DNA from: Candidatus Omnitrophota bacterium | Lineage (GTDB): Bacteria > Omnitrophota > Gorgyraeia > Duberdicusellales > Duberdicusellaceae | DNA: 64,000 bases | Direction of reading: 5' to 3' | Assembly (NCBI GenBank): GCA_021163425.1 | Contig: JAGGWS010000038.1 | Location: forward strand, 10,418 to 74,417 | Part shown: positions 21,009 to 31,344 of the stretch, in pieces | How positions within the stretch are numbered: the first letter of the stretch is position 1 | Layout: each line of letters starts with the position of its first letter | Position numbers and translations under genes: made by a program | The notes under the pieces: model-generated | What the model was told of the DNA's origin: nothing | The model's database searches: none | Seen by the model: only the letters and a program-made list of their open reading frames with translations

Positions 21009-22426
21009 TTATCCTGAGGCTTAAGTAAAGGGAAGAAAATAACTTCTTTTAAGGAAGGCTGGTTAAGAAGAAGCATAACTAACCTGTCTACACCAATACC
21101 TAATCCGGTAGCAGGAGGCATCCCGTACTCTAAAGACTCAATAAAATCCTCATCAATCTTAGAAGAAATTTCTTCAGAATCTATTTGTTTTAAAAAGCGT
21201 TCTCTCTGCTCTATGGGATCATTAAGCTCAGAATAAGCATTAGCTAACTCTATACCCCCTATAAACAGTTCAAATCTTTCTACTAAGTTAGGGTTATCTT
21301 TCTTTGTCTTAGCTAAAGGAGACATCCAGGTATAAAAATCAGTCACAAATACCGGCTCTCCTCCAAAATACTTTTCCTCTATTAAATCCTCAATTAATTT
21401 TATAATCTGAGAACGAGAAAGGTTATCTTTAATATCAAAATGCTGACGGGCTTTTTCAATAAACTCAAAAGGCCCAGCATCAAATTCTATACCTAAGTCT
21501 TCTTTCAACTTTGAAGCTAAGGAAATTTTCTTAAATTTCTGGTTAAAATTTATACTAAAACCCTGGTAGTTAATAATTCCGGTAGGAGAAACTTCTTTAA
21601 CTAAGGCTCTTATGAGCTTTTCAGTAAGTTCCATCATAAAGGTATAATCCTGGTAAGCACAATAGACCTCAAGCATAGTAAACTCAGGGTTATGCTTTAA
21701 AGAAATACCTTCATTACGAAAAGAACGACCTAATTCATAGATTTTATCAAAACCACCTACCAGAAGTCTCTTAAGATACAATTCCGGAGCAATTCTTAAA
21801 TATATATCAATATCTAAAGCATTATGATGGGTTTTAAAGGGTTTCCCTGAAGCTCCTCCAGGAATAAGATGAAGAAAAGGTGTCTCTACCTCAACAAACC
21901 CCTGATTATCTAAAAACTCCCTAATTTTACCTATAAGTTTACTTCTCTTAATAAATAGAGAGCTAACCTGAGGATTAGCTATCAAATCTAAATAACGCTT
22001 TCGAAAACGGAGTTCAGTATCTTTTAAACCATGCCACTTCTCAGGTAAAGGTCTTAAACTCTTAGAAAGAAGCTTGAATTCAGAAACAAGAACTGTAACT
22101 TCAGCTGTCTTGGTCTTAAATAAACTCCCCTTAACACCCAAGACATCTCCTATATCTAAATTTTTAAAGAAAGAAAAGTTATCTTCTCCTATTAAATCCT
22201 TCCTTAAATAACACTGAATTTTCCCTGAAAAATCTCCTAAATCAAAGAAAATACTCTTCCCATGCTCTCTGCGACTAAGAAGACGCCCTCCAACGCTAAC
22301 TTCTCTTCCTTCAGAAAAATCCTCTTTTATTTTAATAATAGGGGCTTGCTTGGGAAAAGAATGTAGAGAATAGGGAGAACCTTTTTCTCTTCTTATTTTT
22401 TCTAATTTTTCTAATCTCTCTTGCAT
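21005..22426 (-). CDS. lysS: Lysine--tRNA ligase (class II)
   Basis: LRPLPEKWHGL, YLRIAPELYLKRL, FRNEG, ANAYSELNDP, GMPP..GLGIG.DRL. Confidence 0.97.
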   Translation of the reverse strand: MQERLEKLEKIRREKGSPYSLHSFPKQAPIIKIKEDFSEGREVSVGGRLLSRREHGKSIFFDLGDFSGKIQCYLRKDLIGEDNFSFFKNLDIGDVLGVKGSLFKTKTAEVTVLVSEFKLLSKSLRPLPEKWHGLKDTELRFRKRYLDLIANPQVSSLFIKRSKLIGKIREFLDNQGFVEVETPFLHLIPGGASGKPFKTHHNALDIDIYLRIAPELYLKRLLVGGFDKIYELGRSFRNEGISLKHNPEFTMLEVYCAYQDYTFMMELTEKLIRALVKEVSPTGIINYQGFSINFNQKFKKISLASKLKEDLGIEFDAGPFEFIEKARQHFDIKDNLSRSQIIKLIEDLIEEKYFGGEPVFVTDFYTWMSPLAKTKKDNPNLVERFELFIGGIELANAYSELNDPIEQRERFLKQIDSEEISSKIDEDFIESLEYGMPPATGLGIGVDRLVMLLLNQPSLKEVIFFPLLKPQDK

Positions 22427-22434
22427 AGAAGCAA

Positions 22435-22463
22435 ATTATATAGAAGAAAACCCCTTCTGTCAA
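22435..22463 (-). promoter_or_regulatory. Consensus sigma70 promoter for lysS (probably leaderless mRNA)
   Basis: Minus strand TTGACA-17 nt-TATAAT, ending 8 nt before the lysS ATG; no Shine-Dalgarno in between. Confidence 0.8.
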
Positions 22464-22478
22464 ATGGGTTTTCTCTAA

Positions 22479-22664
22479 GGTATGTGTCAAGTATTTGGGG
22501 GTAGCTTTTTTAATGTTAGTTTGTCAAAAGGTTTAATGTAGACGTTTTTGGGTAAGTCTACGCCACTTTTATTTCCAGTCAATCCCTTTTACAATTTTCC
22601 CATTATTCACAAAAAAGCTACTACTATTCTTCCCTCAACTGCCCCACTAAATTTTACACTAACC
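22479..22664. mobile_element. Putative IS256-like MITE / IS remnant
   Basis: Imperfect 23-bp terminal IRs (GGTATGTGTCAAGTATTTGGGGG / CCCCACTAAATTTTACACTAACC, 15/23 match), inner IR GTAGCTTTTTT/AAAAAAGCTAC, no transposase; no TSD seen. Confidence 0.45.
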
Positions 22665-22727
22665 ACAGAATATTTTACAGTACCCTGTAAAAATCTTTGA
22701 TAAGGGACTGATAATCTGGAGAAAGGT

Positions 22728-24143
22728 TTATAGAGAAAGGAGATTTAAAATAGATTGGGAAGCCTTTTTAGCAGTAGCCATTGCTGAGATTACTGTCCCT
22801 TCCCCACCTACTATATCTCCTCCAGCATAGACCTTTTTAAGAGAAGTCTCCATGGTTTCGGGATTAACCAAGATATCGCCAGACTTATCCAGTTGAATCT
22901 GAGGAGTAGCAGAAGTCAATACTCTATTTGCCTTTAAACCAATAGCAATTATTACTACATCAGCCTCTATCTCAAATTCACTGCCTTCAATAGGAAAAGG
23001 CTTCCTTCTTCCTGAAGAATCGGGTTTGCCTAATTTACACTTCAAAGCTCTTATTTTTTTTACAAACCCTCGCTCATCGCCAATAAACTCTACCGGCTGA
23101 ACCAGAAATTCAAAATTAACTCCTTCTTCTTTAGCATGTTCAATCTCTAATCTTCTTGCCGGCATCTCCACCTCTGTTCTTCGGTAAATTACGGTAGTAT
23201 CAGGTTTTAAACCTTGCCCGAGCTGAACTCTTAAAGAAGAACGGGCAGCATCCATGGCAGTATTCCCTCCACCAATAACCACAACCTTCTCTCCAATATT
23301 TATAGGAGTATGAAATTGGGGGAATTTAAAAGCAGACATTAAGTTAATCCGGGTTAAAAACTCATTGGCTAAATAGATATTTCCCAGATTTTCTCCCTTT
23401 ATCCCTAAAAAAGAGGGAGTACCTGCTCCTAAACCTAAAAATATAGCCGAAAAATCTTTCTCCAGCTCAGATAAAGGTTTGGTCTTCCCTACTATAAAGT
23501 TAGTTATAAATTCTACTCCCATACTTTTAAGATAGTTAATTTCAAAGTCTAAGATAGGCCGAGGCAATCGGAAAGGAGGGATACCATACCTTAAAACTCC
23601 TCCCAATTGATGAAGGGCTTCAAAAACCACTACTTTTACGCCTTGACGAGCTAATTCTCCAGCACAGCACAACCCGGCTGGACCTGAACCTACTATCGCC
23701 ACCTTTTCTTTGAATTTTGAATTTTGAATTTTGAATGTTAAGTTTTGATAATTTTTTATCCCCCAATCTCCAATAAATCTTTCTAAAAAATGTATGTTTA
23801 TTGCTTCTGGAGAAGCAAAAGGCTTATCCTTATTTCTATTTAATATACAGAATTTTCTACATTGATACTCAGCAGGACAAACTCTTCCGCAGATAGCTGG
23901 AAAGTTATTCTTCTCCCGAATAGTAAGATAAGCAGATTTATAATCTCTCTGAGTAATTTCAAAGATAAATTTTTTTATATCTATTCCTACTGGACAACCC
24001 TGGATACATTTAGGTTCTTTACACTGAAGACACCTCTTAGCTTCTTCTTGAGCTCCTTCTTCAGAATAACCTAAAGCTACCTCTTCAAAACTCCTTATTC
24101 TTTCTGAAGGTAAAAGCTCCTTAATTTTTACAGGACCTTTCAT
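22728..24143 (-). CDS. nfnB: NfnB/GltD-like NADPH-dependent FeS flavoprotein (large subunit of electron-bifurcating NfnAB)
   Basis: EAKRCLQC..P.C..GCP, CGRVCP, GSGPAG, GGGNTAMD, YRRT..EMPAR, AGGDIV. Start moved to ATG 24143 (MKGPV) because the track N terminus is a translation of the repeat element. Confidence 0.88.
   Translation of the reverse strand: MKGPVKIKELLPSERIRSFEEVALGYSEEGAQEEAKRCLQCKEPKCIQGCPVGIDIKKFIFEITQRDYKSAYLTIREKNNFPAICGRVCPAEYQCRKFCILNRNKDKPFASPEAINIHFLERFIGDWGIKNYQNLTFKIQNSKFKEKVAIVGSGPAGLCCAGELARQGVKVVVFEALHQLGGVLRYGIPPFRLPRPILDFEINYLKSMGVEFITNFIVGKTKPLSELEKDFSAIFLGLGAGTPSFLGIKGENLGNIYLANEFLTRINLMSAFKFPQFHTPINIGEKVVVIGGGNTAMDAARSSLRVQLGQGLKPDTTVIYRRTEVEMPARRLEIEHAKEEGVNFEFLVQPVEFIGDERGFVKKIRALKCKLGKPDSSGRRKPFPIEGSEFEIEADVVIIAIGLKANRVLTSATPQIQLDKSGDILVNPETMETSLKKVYAGGDIVGGEGTVISAMATAKKASQSILNLLSL
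23709..23736. repeat. Intragenic heptamer repeat (TTTGAAT)x4
   Basis: Four perfect copies plus two degenerate ones, encoding ...FKIQNSKFK... in the nfnB inter-domain linker. Confidence 0.9.
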
Positions 24144-24151
24144 CTCTGAAA

Positions 24152-24194
24152 CGTAACTTGACAAAATGTTTTCAAAAGAAAGTGTCAAGTTACG
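24152..24194. repeat. Dispersed IR element, copy A (perfect 12-bp arms, 19-bp spacer)
   Basis: CGTAACTTGACA-AAATGTTTTCAAAAGAAAG-TGTCAAGTTACG; contains the nfnA stop codon. Confidence 0.92.
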
Positions 24195-25030
24195 AGTTTA
24201 TAAAGTTTACAAATATGTTTTTCTTTATCCTCATAGATTTTATTGCGCAAACTGAGTTCAGTCCAGTCTATTAAATGAGCTTCAAATTCTGGGCCATCTA
24301 CACAACAAAATTTAATTTCACCTCCTACACTCACCCTACAACAGCCACACATCCCAGTCCCATCCACCATCAAAGCATTTAAAGAAACTAATGTCTTTAT
24401 CTTAAATCTTTGGGTAATTTCAGAAACCTTCTTCATCATTGGAATAGGACCAACTGCATAAATTAGTTTGTATCTATCGCCCTGACTTTCTGAACTTTCT
24501 AATAATTCTTTTAATACATCAGTAGTAAACCCCTTCCTGCCATAAGAACCATCATCAGTAGTAATATAAAACTCATCAGACATCTTTCTTAAATCTTCTT
24601 CTAAAATTAACAAATCTTTATTTCTTGCTCCTAATATAGTGGTTAAGTGGTTTCCTTCTTCTTTAAAAGCCCTGGCTAAAGGAAAAATCTCGGCAATCCC
24701 TACCCCTCCTCCTACTAAAATTACTCTTCCATAATTTTTAATTTCTGCAGGGTTGCCTAAAGGACCGACCAAACTATATAAACCATCTCCTTTGTTCAAT
24801 CTCCCTAAAAGTTTTGTAGTTAAACCTACTTCCTGAAAAATTAAACTAATACTTTGATTTTTTAAATTTTTATCTACAATAGTTAAGGGAATCCTTTCTC
24901 CTACTTCCGAAACCATCAAGATTACAAACTGACCAGGCTTAAAAGCTTTACAGATTTCTTCAGCTAAAACTTCTAAGTAAACTATACGGGGCTCTCTTTC
25001 AGCTAAAACTTTTTTATCTAATATCTTCAT
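24185..25030 (-). CDS. nfnA: NfnA / PyrK-like FAD/NAD-binding 2Fe-2S subunit
   Basis: PGQFVI, GERIPLTI, GGGVGIA, TDDGSYG, MVDGTGMCG.CRV, CVDGPEF. Confidence 0.9.
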   Translation of the reverse strand: MKILDKKVLAEREPRIVYLEVLAEEICKAFKPGQFVILMVSEVGERIPLTIVDKNLKNQSISLIFQEVGLTTKLLGRLNKGDGLYSLVGPLGNPAEIKNYGRVILVGGGVGIAEIFPLARAFKEEGNHLTTILGARNKDLLILEEDLRKMSDEFYITTDDGSYGRKGFTTDVLKELLESSESQGDRYKLIYAVGPIPMMKKVSEITQRFKIKTLVSLNALMVDGTGMCGCCRVSVGGEIKFCCVDGPEFEAHLIDWTELSLRNKIYEDKEKHICKLYKLVT

Positions 25031-25039
25031 TATTTAAAA

Positions 25040-26863
25040 CTACTCTACGGTAACGCTCTTAGCTAAATTTCTGGGCTTATCTACATCGTAACCCTTAAGT
25101 TCAGCAATATAATAAGCTAAAAGTTGTAAGGGGATTATGGTAATAAGAGGCGAGAGTTCTTCTTTAATTTTAGGGATATAAATAATTTGCCGAGAATATT
25201 TTTTAACTTGCTCATCTTCCTCAGTAGCCAAGATTATAATCCTTCCCCGACGAGCGAAAATCTCTTCTACATTAGAAAGCATCTTTGAATATACCGAAGA
25301 GTTATTTGCAATACAGACTACAGCTCTATATTCATCAATTAAAGCAATCGGACCGTGTTTCATTTCTCCGGCAGGATAGCCTTCAGCAGGAATATAAGAA
25401 ATCTCTTTTAACTTTAAAGCCCCTTCTAAGGCAGTAGGATAATTTATATTTCTGCCCAAATAGAGAAAAGCTCCAAAGTTAAGATATTTCTGAGCAATTT
25501 TTCTTATCTCATCTTTACTTTTAACTATCTTTAGTTGACAAGAAGGAATCTTTCTAAGAAGATTAAGATAAGAATTAATAAGGGAGTCAGGAAGAGTTCT
25601 TCTTAATTTCGCTAAATACAAAGAAAGTATCACCAAAACCATAATTTGAGCAGAATAAGCCTTGGTAGAAGCAACACTTATCTCCGGGCCAGCTAAAGTA
25701 TAGAGAACCTTGTCTGATTCTCTAACCAAGGTTGAACCTAAAACATTACAGATAGAAAGAATTTTTGCCCCTCTTTTTTTAGCTAACCTCACCCCAGCTA
25801 AGGTATCAGCTGTTTCTCCGGATTGACTTATAGCTATAAGTAAATCTCCCTTTCTTATTGTAGGCTGTTTGTAACGAAACTCACTGCCCAAATCTACTTC
25901 TACCGGTATATTTAAAAATTTTTCCATTAAGTATTTACCTACTAACCCGGCGTGGTAAGCGGTTCCACAGGCTACTATGTTAATTTTTTGAAGCTTTTTA
26001 AAAAAATCTCTAAAAGCAGTTAATTCTTTTAAGTTAAAATCCTTCTCTTTTAAATAATAAGAGAGAATTTTTTCTAAAACCTTAGGCTGCTCCAATATCT
26101 CTTTAAGCATAAAATGTTTAAAAACACCTTTCTTAACCTCTTCCTTACTAAAGCTTAAAAGCTCTTCTTTAAAAGAAACTTTCCTTCCCTGAAAATCAAT
26201 TACCTTAACTGAATCAGGAGTTAAAACTGCTATTTCTCTATCTTTTAGATAGACTACTCTGCGAGTATCTTCAATAAAGGCTGAACTATCTGAAGCTAAA
26301 AACTTTTCCTCATCTTTTATCCCTACAATTAAAGGAGAATCTAATCTTACCCCTACTAATTTACCTGGCTCATCTTTACTTATCACTGCTAAAGAAAAAG
26401 AACCCTTAAGGAGCAAGACAGTTTTTCTTACAGCTTCTTCTAAATTCTGATGATAATTTCTCTCTATTAAATGAGAAATTATTTCAGTATCAGTGTCAGA
26501 AGAAAACTTACAGCCTTTTTTAAGAAGGTCCTTCTTTAGACTTTCAAAATTTTCAATTATCCCGTTGTGGACTACGGCTATCCTTTTTTTACAGCCTAGG
26601 TGAGGATGGGCATTTTTGTCTGAAGGCACACCATGAGTTGCCCAGCGGGTATGAGCTATCCCTGAGCTCCCGGAAAAAGAAGTCTTACTTACTAATTCTT
26701 CTAAATTTTTTATTTTTCCCTTACGCTTTATAACCTTTAATCTATTCTTATCTAAAACAGCTATTCCTGCTGAATCGTATCCCCGATACTCTAAATTTTT
26801 AAGCCCCTTAATAAGGATTTCTTTAGCTTCTCTTTTTCCAGTATATCCAACTATACCACACAT
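25040..26863 (-). CDS. glmS: Glutamine--fructose-6-phosphate aminotransferase
   Basis: N-terminal MCGIVG (catalytic Cys, so start at 26863), HTRWATHG, SQSGETADT, PRNLAKSVTVE. Confidence 0.97.
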   Translation of the reverse strand: MCGIVGYTGKREAKEILIKGLKNLEYRGYDSAGIAVLDKNRLKVIKRKGKIKNLEELVSKTSFSGSSGIAHTRWATHGVPSDKNAHPHLGCKKRIAVVHNGIIENFESLKKDLLKKGCKFSSDTDTEIISHLIERNYHQNLEEAVRKTVLLLKGSFSLAVISKDEPGKLVGVRLDSPLIVGIKDEEKFLASDSSAFIEDTRRVVYLKDREIAVLTPDSVKVIDFQGRKVSFKEELLSFSKEEVKKGVFKHFMLKEILEQPKVLEKILSYYLKEKDFNLKELTAFRDFFKKLQKINIVACGTAYHAGLVGKYLMEKFLNIPVEVDLGSEFRYKQPTIRKGDLLIAISQSGETADTLAGVRLAKKRGAKILSICNVLGSTLVRESDKVLYTLAGPEISVASTKAYSAQIMVLVILSLYLAKLRRTLPDSLINSYLNLLRKIPSCQLKIVKSKDEIRKIAQKYLNFGAFLYLGRNINYPTALEGALKLKEISYIPAEGYPAGEMKHGPIALIDEYRAVVCIANNSSVYSKMLSNVEEIFARRGRIIILATEEDEQVKKYSRQIIYIPKIKEELSPLITIIPLQLLAYYIAELKGYDVDKPRNLAKSVTVE

Positions 26864-26865
26864 CT

Positions 26866-27627
26866 TCAGCACATTCTTATTGGAATACCCTTCTCTTTCA
26901 AATATTTTTTAGCTTCTCTTAAAGAATATTCTCCATAATGAAAGATAGAAGCAACTAACACCGCACTAGCCAAACCCTGAGCAAAAGCCTGATAAAGATG
27001 CTCTAAATTCCCTGCTCCTCCTGAAGCAATTACCGGGATATTCACTCTTTGAGAAACCTTACGGGTAAGTTCTAAATCATAGCCTTGTTTTGTCCCATCT
27101 CTATCCATACTGGTTAAAAGAATTTCTCCTCCTCCTAAAGCCTGAACTTCTTCAGCCCATTCTAAAACATCAATACCTGTAGGTTTTCTTCCTCCGTAGG
27201 TGTAAACTTCCCACTGAGAATCCTCAGTAAGCTTAGCATCAATAGCTACTACAATACACTGACTACCAAATTCCTGAGAAGCCATTTTTATAAAGTCGGG
27301 GTTCTCTACAGCAGAAGTATTAATAGAAACTTTATCTGCACCTGCTCTTAAAAGAGCTCTTATGTCTTCTAAGTTGCTTATCCCTCCTCCCACTGTAAAA
27401 GGGATAAAAACCTGTTCACAGGTTTCTCTTACTACCTCAATTATGGTTTTGCGAGCTTCAAAACTGGCAGTTATATCCAGAAAGACGAGTTCATCAGCGC
27501 CTTCTTTAGCATAGACTTTAGCCTGTTCTACTGGAGAGCCGGCATCTCTTAAATTAAGAAAATTTATCCCTTTTACTACCCGGCCTTCCTTAACATCTAA
27601 ACACGGTATTATCCTCTTGGCTAACAT
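26866..27627 (-). CDS. hisF: Imidazole glycerol phosphate synthase cyclase subunit
   Basis: [39 protein letters not shown]. Confidence 0.97.
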   Translation of the reverse strand: MLAKRIIPCLDVKEGRVVKGINFLNLRDAGSPVEQAKVYAKEGADELVFLDITASFEARKTIIEVVRETCEQVFIPFTVGGGISNLEDIRALLRAGADKVSINTSAVENPDFIKMASQEFGSQCIVVAIDAKLTEDSQWEVYTYGGRKPTGIDVLEWAEEVQALGGGEILLTSMDRDGTKQGYDLELTRKVSQRVNIPVIASGGAGNLEHLYQAFAQGLASAVLVASIFHYGEYSLREAKKYLKEKGIPIRMC

Positions 27628-28232
27628 ATACTTATAAAATTTTTAATGAGCTTCAACCCCAATTCTGAACTCTTTTCAGGATGAAACTGAACTGCCCAAA
27701 GATTGTCTTTATTTATGGCTGAAACAAATTCTTCTCCGTAATCAGTAGTAGAAATCACAATATCTTTATCTTCAGGCTCTACATAATAAGAGTGGACAAA
27801 ATAAAAAAAACTTTTATCAGGAATCTCCTTAAATAAATTATTATCTTTTTTAAACTCAACCTGGTTCCAGCCCATATGAGGAATCTTAATTTTTTTAGAA
27901 AATCTTACTGCCTTCCCCCTTAATATCTCTAAACCCTTAACCTCTCCCCCTTCCTCAGACTCAGTAAAAAGAAGTTGAAATCCCAGGCATATTCCTAAAA
28001 AGGGTATACCTCTATTCAAAGATTTCTGAAGAAAATCTTTAAGCCCTAACTTTTCTAAATTCTCCATCCCCCTCTTAAAGGCACCAACTCCAGGAAGGAT
28101 TAACCCCCCAGCTTCTGAAAGCTTCTTAGCATCAGAAGAAAGAATAACTTTTGCTCCCAAAACTTCTAAAGCCTTGGAAACACTCCTTAAATTACCTAAG
28201 CCGTAATCAACAACTCCAATGACTTTTTCCAT
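27621..28232 (-). CDS. hisH: Imidazole glycerol phosphate synthase glutaminase subunit
   Basis: DYGLGNL.SV, PGVGAF, GICLG, PHMGWN, QFHPEKS. Confidence 0.96.
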   Translation of the reverse strand: MEKVIGVVDYGLGNLRSVSKALEVLGAKVILSSDAKKLSEAGGLILPGVGAFKRGMENLEKLGLKDFLQKSLNRGIPFLGICLGFQLLFTESEEGGEVKGLEILRGKAVRFSKKIKIPHMGWNQVEFKKDNNLFKEIPDKSFFYFVHSYYVEPEDKDIVISTTDYGEEFVSAINKDNLWAVQFHPEKSSELGLKLIKNFISIC

Positions 28233-30403
28233 AACCTGAAAGCCCTTTCTAAATCTAAATCAATTAAAGCAAATTTATCTTTTAAAATAACTAATTTAGG
28301 CTCTTTAATCACTCTTCCAATCACTCTTAAAGGAAGTCTGTATTTTTTAGCTATCTTCTCAATTTCTGAAAGATTATTTTTAGGTAAAGAGATTATTACC
28401 CTGGCAGTAGACTCTGAAAATAGAAGAAAATCCTCTCTCAGGTTAAACTCTAAATTATCTATGAAAGCACCTTTTATTTCTCTCCCCGTAACACACCCTT
28501 CAAACAAAGCTAAACTCACACCTCCTTCTGAACAATCAACACAGGAAGAAATTAAATCTTTCTCTATAGCTGCAAGGACAACTTTTTGCAGAGAAAGTTC
28601 CTTGTTTAAATCTAAAGCTGGAGGTTTCCCTCTAACCTGATTATGAATCTCCTTTAAATACTCAGAACCTCCTAATTCCGGAAGAGTTTCTCCTAAAAGA
28701 ACTATCAAATCACCCTCTTTTTTAAAGAAAGGAGTCTTTATAAATTTTAAATCTTTAATTATACCTACCATTCCAATAGCAGGAGTAGGTTTAATTACTG
28801 TTTGCGGAGACTCATTATAAAAGGAGACATTACCGCTGACTACTGGAATATTAAAAAACTTACAAGCAGAAATTAACCCCTCTATACAATTTTTAAAATA
28901 CCAAAATCTATCTGGTTTTTCGGGATTGCCAAAATTAAGACAGTCAGTCACTCCTGCTGGCTCTGCTCCCACAGATACAAGATTTCGACAGGCTTCACTT
29001 ACAGCAATCTGGGCTCCTACAAAAGGGTCTAAGTAGCAATAAATACTATTACAATCAGTAGTTAAAGCTAAAGCTTTGTTCTTTCCTTTTATCCTCAAAA
29101 CTGCTGAACCTAAGCCAGGAAGAAGAACAGTATTAGTCTGGACCATATAGTCATACTGCTCATAAACCCAATTTCTACTGGAAAGATTTTCTGAAGATAA
29201 AAGTTTTAACATAACCTGGTTAAAATCTTCAGGCAAAGGAAGGCTATTGATATCTAACTTATTAATTTCTTTTAAATACTCAGGTTCCTGGTAAGGCATA
29301 TTGTAAAGAGGAGCAGAAGTTAAATCCTTTGCTTTTAACTTAGCCACTATTTCTCCTTTTTCTTTAACTATTACTTCTTTAGTTTTTACAACTTTGCCAA
29401 TAATTACACAGTTTAAGCCCCATTTCCTGTAGATATCTATAATCTCCCTAGCTTTCTCCTTTTTAACACAAAGAAGCATTCTTTCCTGAGATTCGGACAT
29501 CATTACTTCCCATGCTAACATTCCTTCTTCTCTCCGGGGGACTAAATCTAAATCTATTTCTACCCCTGTATCACCTGCTGAAGCCATCTCACTAGTAGCA
29601 CAGGTTAAACCTGCTGCTCCCATATCCTTTATCCCTACTACTCCCTGAGTAGCTATTGCTTCTAAGGTAGCTTCAATAAGACACTTCTCAGTAAAAGGGT
29701 CACCTATCTGAACTGTAGGTCTTTTTTCTTCATCCTCCTTAAACTCCTTAGAAGCTAAAATACTGCACCCTCCAATTCCGTCTCTTCCGGTAGAAGCGCC
29801 AGCATAAATTATTAAATTTCCTTCTCCTTTAGCCTGAGCCCGCATAAGTTTATCTTTAGGAGCTATTCCTACACACATAACGTTTACTAAACAATTCCTG
29901 CTATAGGAAGGGTCAAAATATATTTCTCCTCCTACTGTAGGCACTCCTACACAATTACCATAACTCTGTATCCCATCAACTACTCCTCTGAATAAGTACT
30001 GATTATAGGGCTTAGTTAACTGACCAAAGCGTAAAGAATCGAGTAAAGCCACAGGCCTTGCTCCGGTAGTAAAAACATCCCGGATTATTCCTCCTACTCC
30101 AGTAGCTGCTCCTTGTCTAGGCTCAACGTAAGAGGGGTGATTGTGGCTTTCCATCTTAAAAACAATAGCTAAGTCTTCTAAAATAATACCTCCAGCATCT
30201 TCTCCTACTAAAGGCTTAAACTTTCCCTTCCTGGGAAGAAGTTTTAAATAAGCCCGAGAACGAGGATAGCCACAATGTTCAGACCACTCCACAGAAAACA
30301 TTGCTAATTCAGTAAGAGTAGGCTCTCTTCCCAAAAGTTTTAAAATTTTCTGGTATTCCTCCTTAGATAACCCTAACCCTCGATAAATTTCTTCAGTTAT
30401 CAT
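28196..30403 (-). CDS. purL: Phosphoribosylformylglycinamidine synthase, small-type PurL
   Basis: [43 protein letters not shown]. Confidence 0.96.
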   Translation of the reverse strand: MITEEIYRGLGLSKEEYQKILKLLGREPTLTELAMFSVEWSEHCGYPRSRAYLKLLPRKGKFKPLVGEDAGGIILEDLAIVFKMESHNHPSYVEPRQGAATGVGGIIRDVFTTGARPVALLDSLRFGQLTKPYNQYLFRGVVDGIQSYGNCVGVPTVGGEIYFDPSYSRNCLVNVMCVGIAPKDKLMRAQAKGEGNLIIYAGASTGRDGIGGCSILASKEFKEDEEKRPTVQIGDPFTEKCLIEATLEAIATQGVVGIKDMGAAGLTCATSEMASAGDTGVEIDLDLVPRREEGMLAWEVMMSESQERMLLCVKKEKAREIIDIYRKWGLNCVIIGKVVKTKEVIVKEKGEIVAKLKAKDLTSAPLYNMPYQEPEYLKEINKLDINSLPLPEDFNQVMLKLLSSENLSSRNWVYEQYDYMVQTNTVLLPGLGSAVLRIKGKNKALALTTDCNSIYCYLDPFVGAQIAVSEACRNLVSVGAEPAGVTDCLNFGNPEKPDRFWYFKNCIEGLISACKFFNIPVVSGNVSFYNESPQTVIKPTPAIGMVGIIKDLKFIKTPFFKKEGDLIVLLGETLPELGGSEYLKEIHNQVRGKPPALDLNKELSLQKVVLAAIEKDLISSCVDCSEGGVSLALFEGCVTGREIKGAFIDNLEFNLREDFLLFSESTARVIISLPKNNLSEIEKIAKKYRLPLRVIGRVIKEPKLVILKDKFALIDLDLERAFRLWKKSLELLITA

Positions 30404-31092
30404 CTTTTAAACCAGTTAACTATAGACTTAAAAACTAACAACCCATCTTGAGAATTCAAAATCCCTTCTGAAGCTCTCTCTGGATGTGGCATCATCCCCA
30501 AAACATTTCCTTCTTTGTTGATTATTCCGGCAATAAACTCTTTTGCTCCATTGGGATTAAATTCAGGAGCTAACCTTCCTTCTTCATCTGAATAGCGAAA
30601 GATAATCTGTTTATTATTCTTCAATTCCACCAAACCTTCATCTTCAATATAGTAATTTCCCTCATTATGGGCTATGGGAATTCTAACAACCTGGCCTTCT
30701 TTAAAAAGGTTAGTAAAGGGAGTATGGATATTTTCTACTCTTAAATAAACATACTTACAGATAAAATGAATATTTTTATTTCTAAGCATAGCCCCGGGTA
30801 ATAACCCGGCTTCTAAAAGAATTTGAAATCCATTACAGATGCCCATTATCAAACCACCTTTTTTAGCAAAATCAACTAAAGCTTCCATTACTGGAGAAAA
30901 GCAGGCAATAGCTCCTGCTCTCAAGTAGTCTCCATAACTGAATCCTCCAGGCAAAATCAGACAATCTAAATCTCTTAAATCTGTCTCTTTATGCCAGACA
31001 TACCTTACCTCTTCTCCCAACACATCCTTAATCACATAAAAACAATCCTGGTCACAATTTGAACCTGGAAAAATAACTACGCCCCACTTCAT
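30400..31092 (-). CDS. purQ: FGAM synthase glutaminase subunit
   Basis: [37 protein letters not shown]. Confidence 0.97.
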   Translation of the reverse strand: MKWGVVIFPGSNCDQDCFYVIKDVLGEEVRYVWHKETDLRDLDCLILPGGFSYGDYLRAGAIACFSPVMEALVDFAKKGGLIMGICNGFQILLEAGLLPGAMLRNKNIHFICKYVYLRVENIHTPFTNLFKEGQVVRIPIAHNEGNYYIEDEGLVELKNNKQIIFRYSDEEGRLAPEFNPNGAKEFIAGIINKEGNVLGMMPHPERASEGILNSQDGLLVFKSIVNWFKR

Positions 31093-31331
31093 TTTATCTT
31101 AAAAGTAAAATCCTCAATAATAGGGTTAGCCAATAACTTCTTACACATCTCTTCTATCCTTTGAGAAGCTTTTTCTCTATCTTCTAAATCAAGTCTAAGC
31201 TGGATGAATTTTCCCACTCTTACCTCTTTTACCTCAGAATAACCTAAACTTTCTAAAGAGCGCTTAACCGCCAATCCCTGAGGGTCAGAAACAGTTTTTT
31301 TAAGACTTACATAAACCTCAACTTCTAACAT
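31089..31331 (-). CDS. purS: FGAM synthase subunit PurS
   Basis: [19 protein letters not shown]. Start moved to ATG 31331 after AAGGAG. Confidence 0.93.
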   Translation of the reverse strand: MLEVEVYVSLKKTVSDPQGLAVKRSLESLGYSEVKEVRVGKFIQLRLDLEDREKASQRIEEMCKKLLANPIIEDFTFKIK

Positions 31332-31344
31332 CTTAACTCCTTTT

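Noticed and set aside
24152-24194. IR element read as a pair of sigma70 promoters (TTGACA in each arm) or as an intrinsic terminator
   Set aside because: No -10 box at 16-18 nt from either TTGACA; arms are AT-rich with a 19-nt loop and no U-tract; copy A lies inside an operon.
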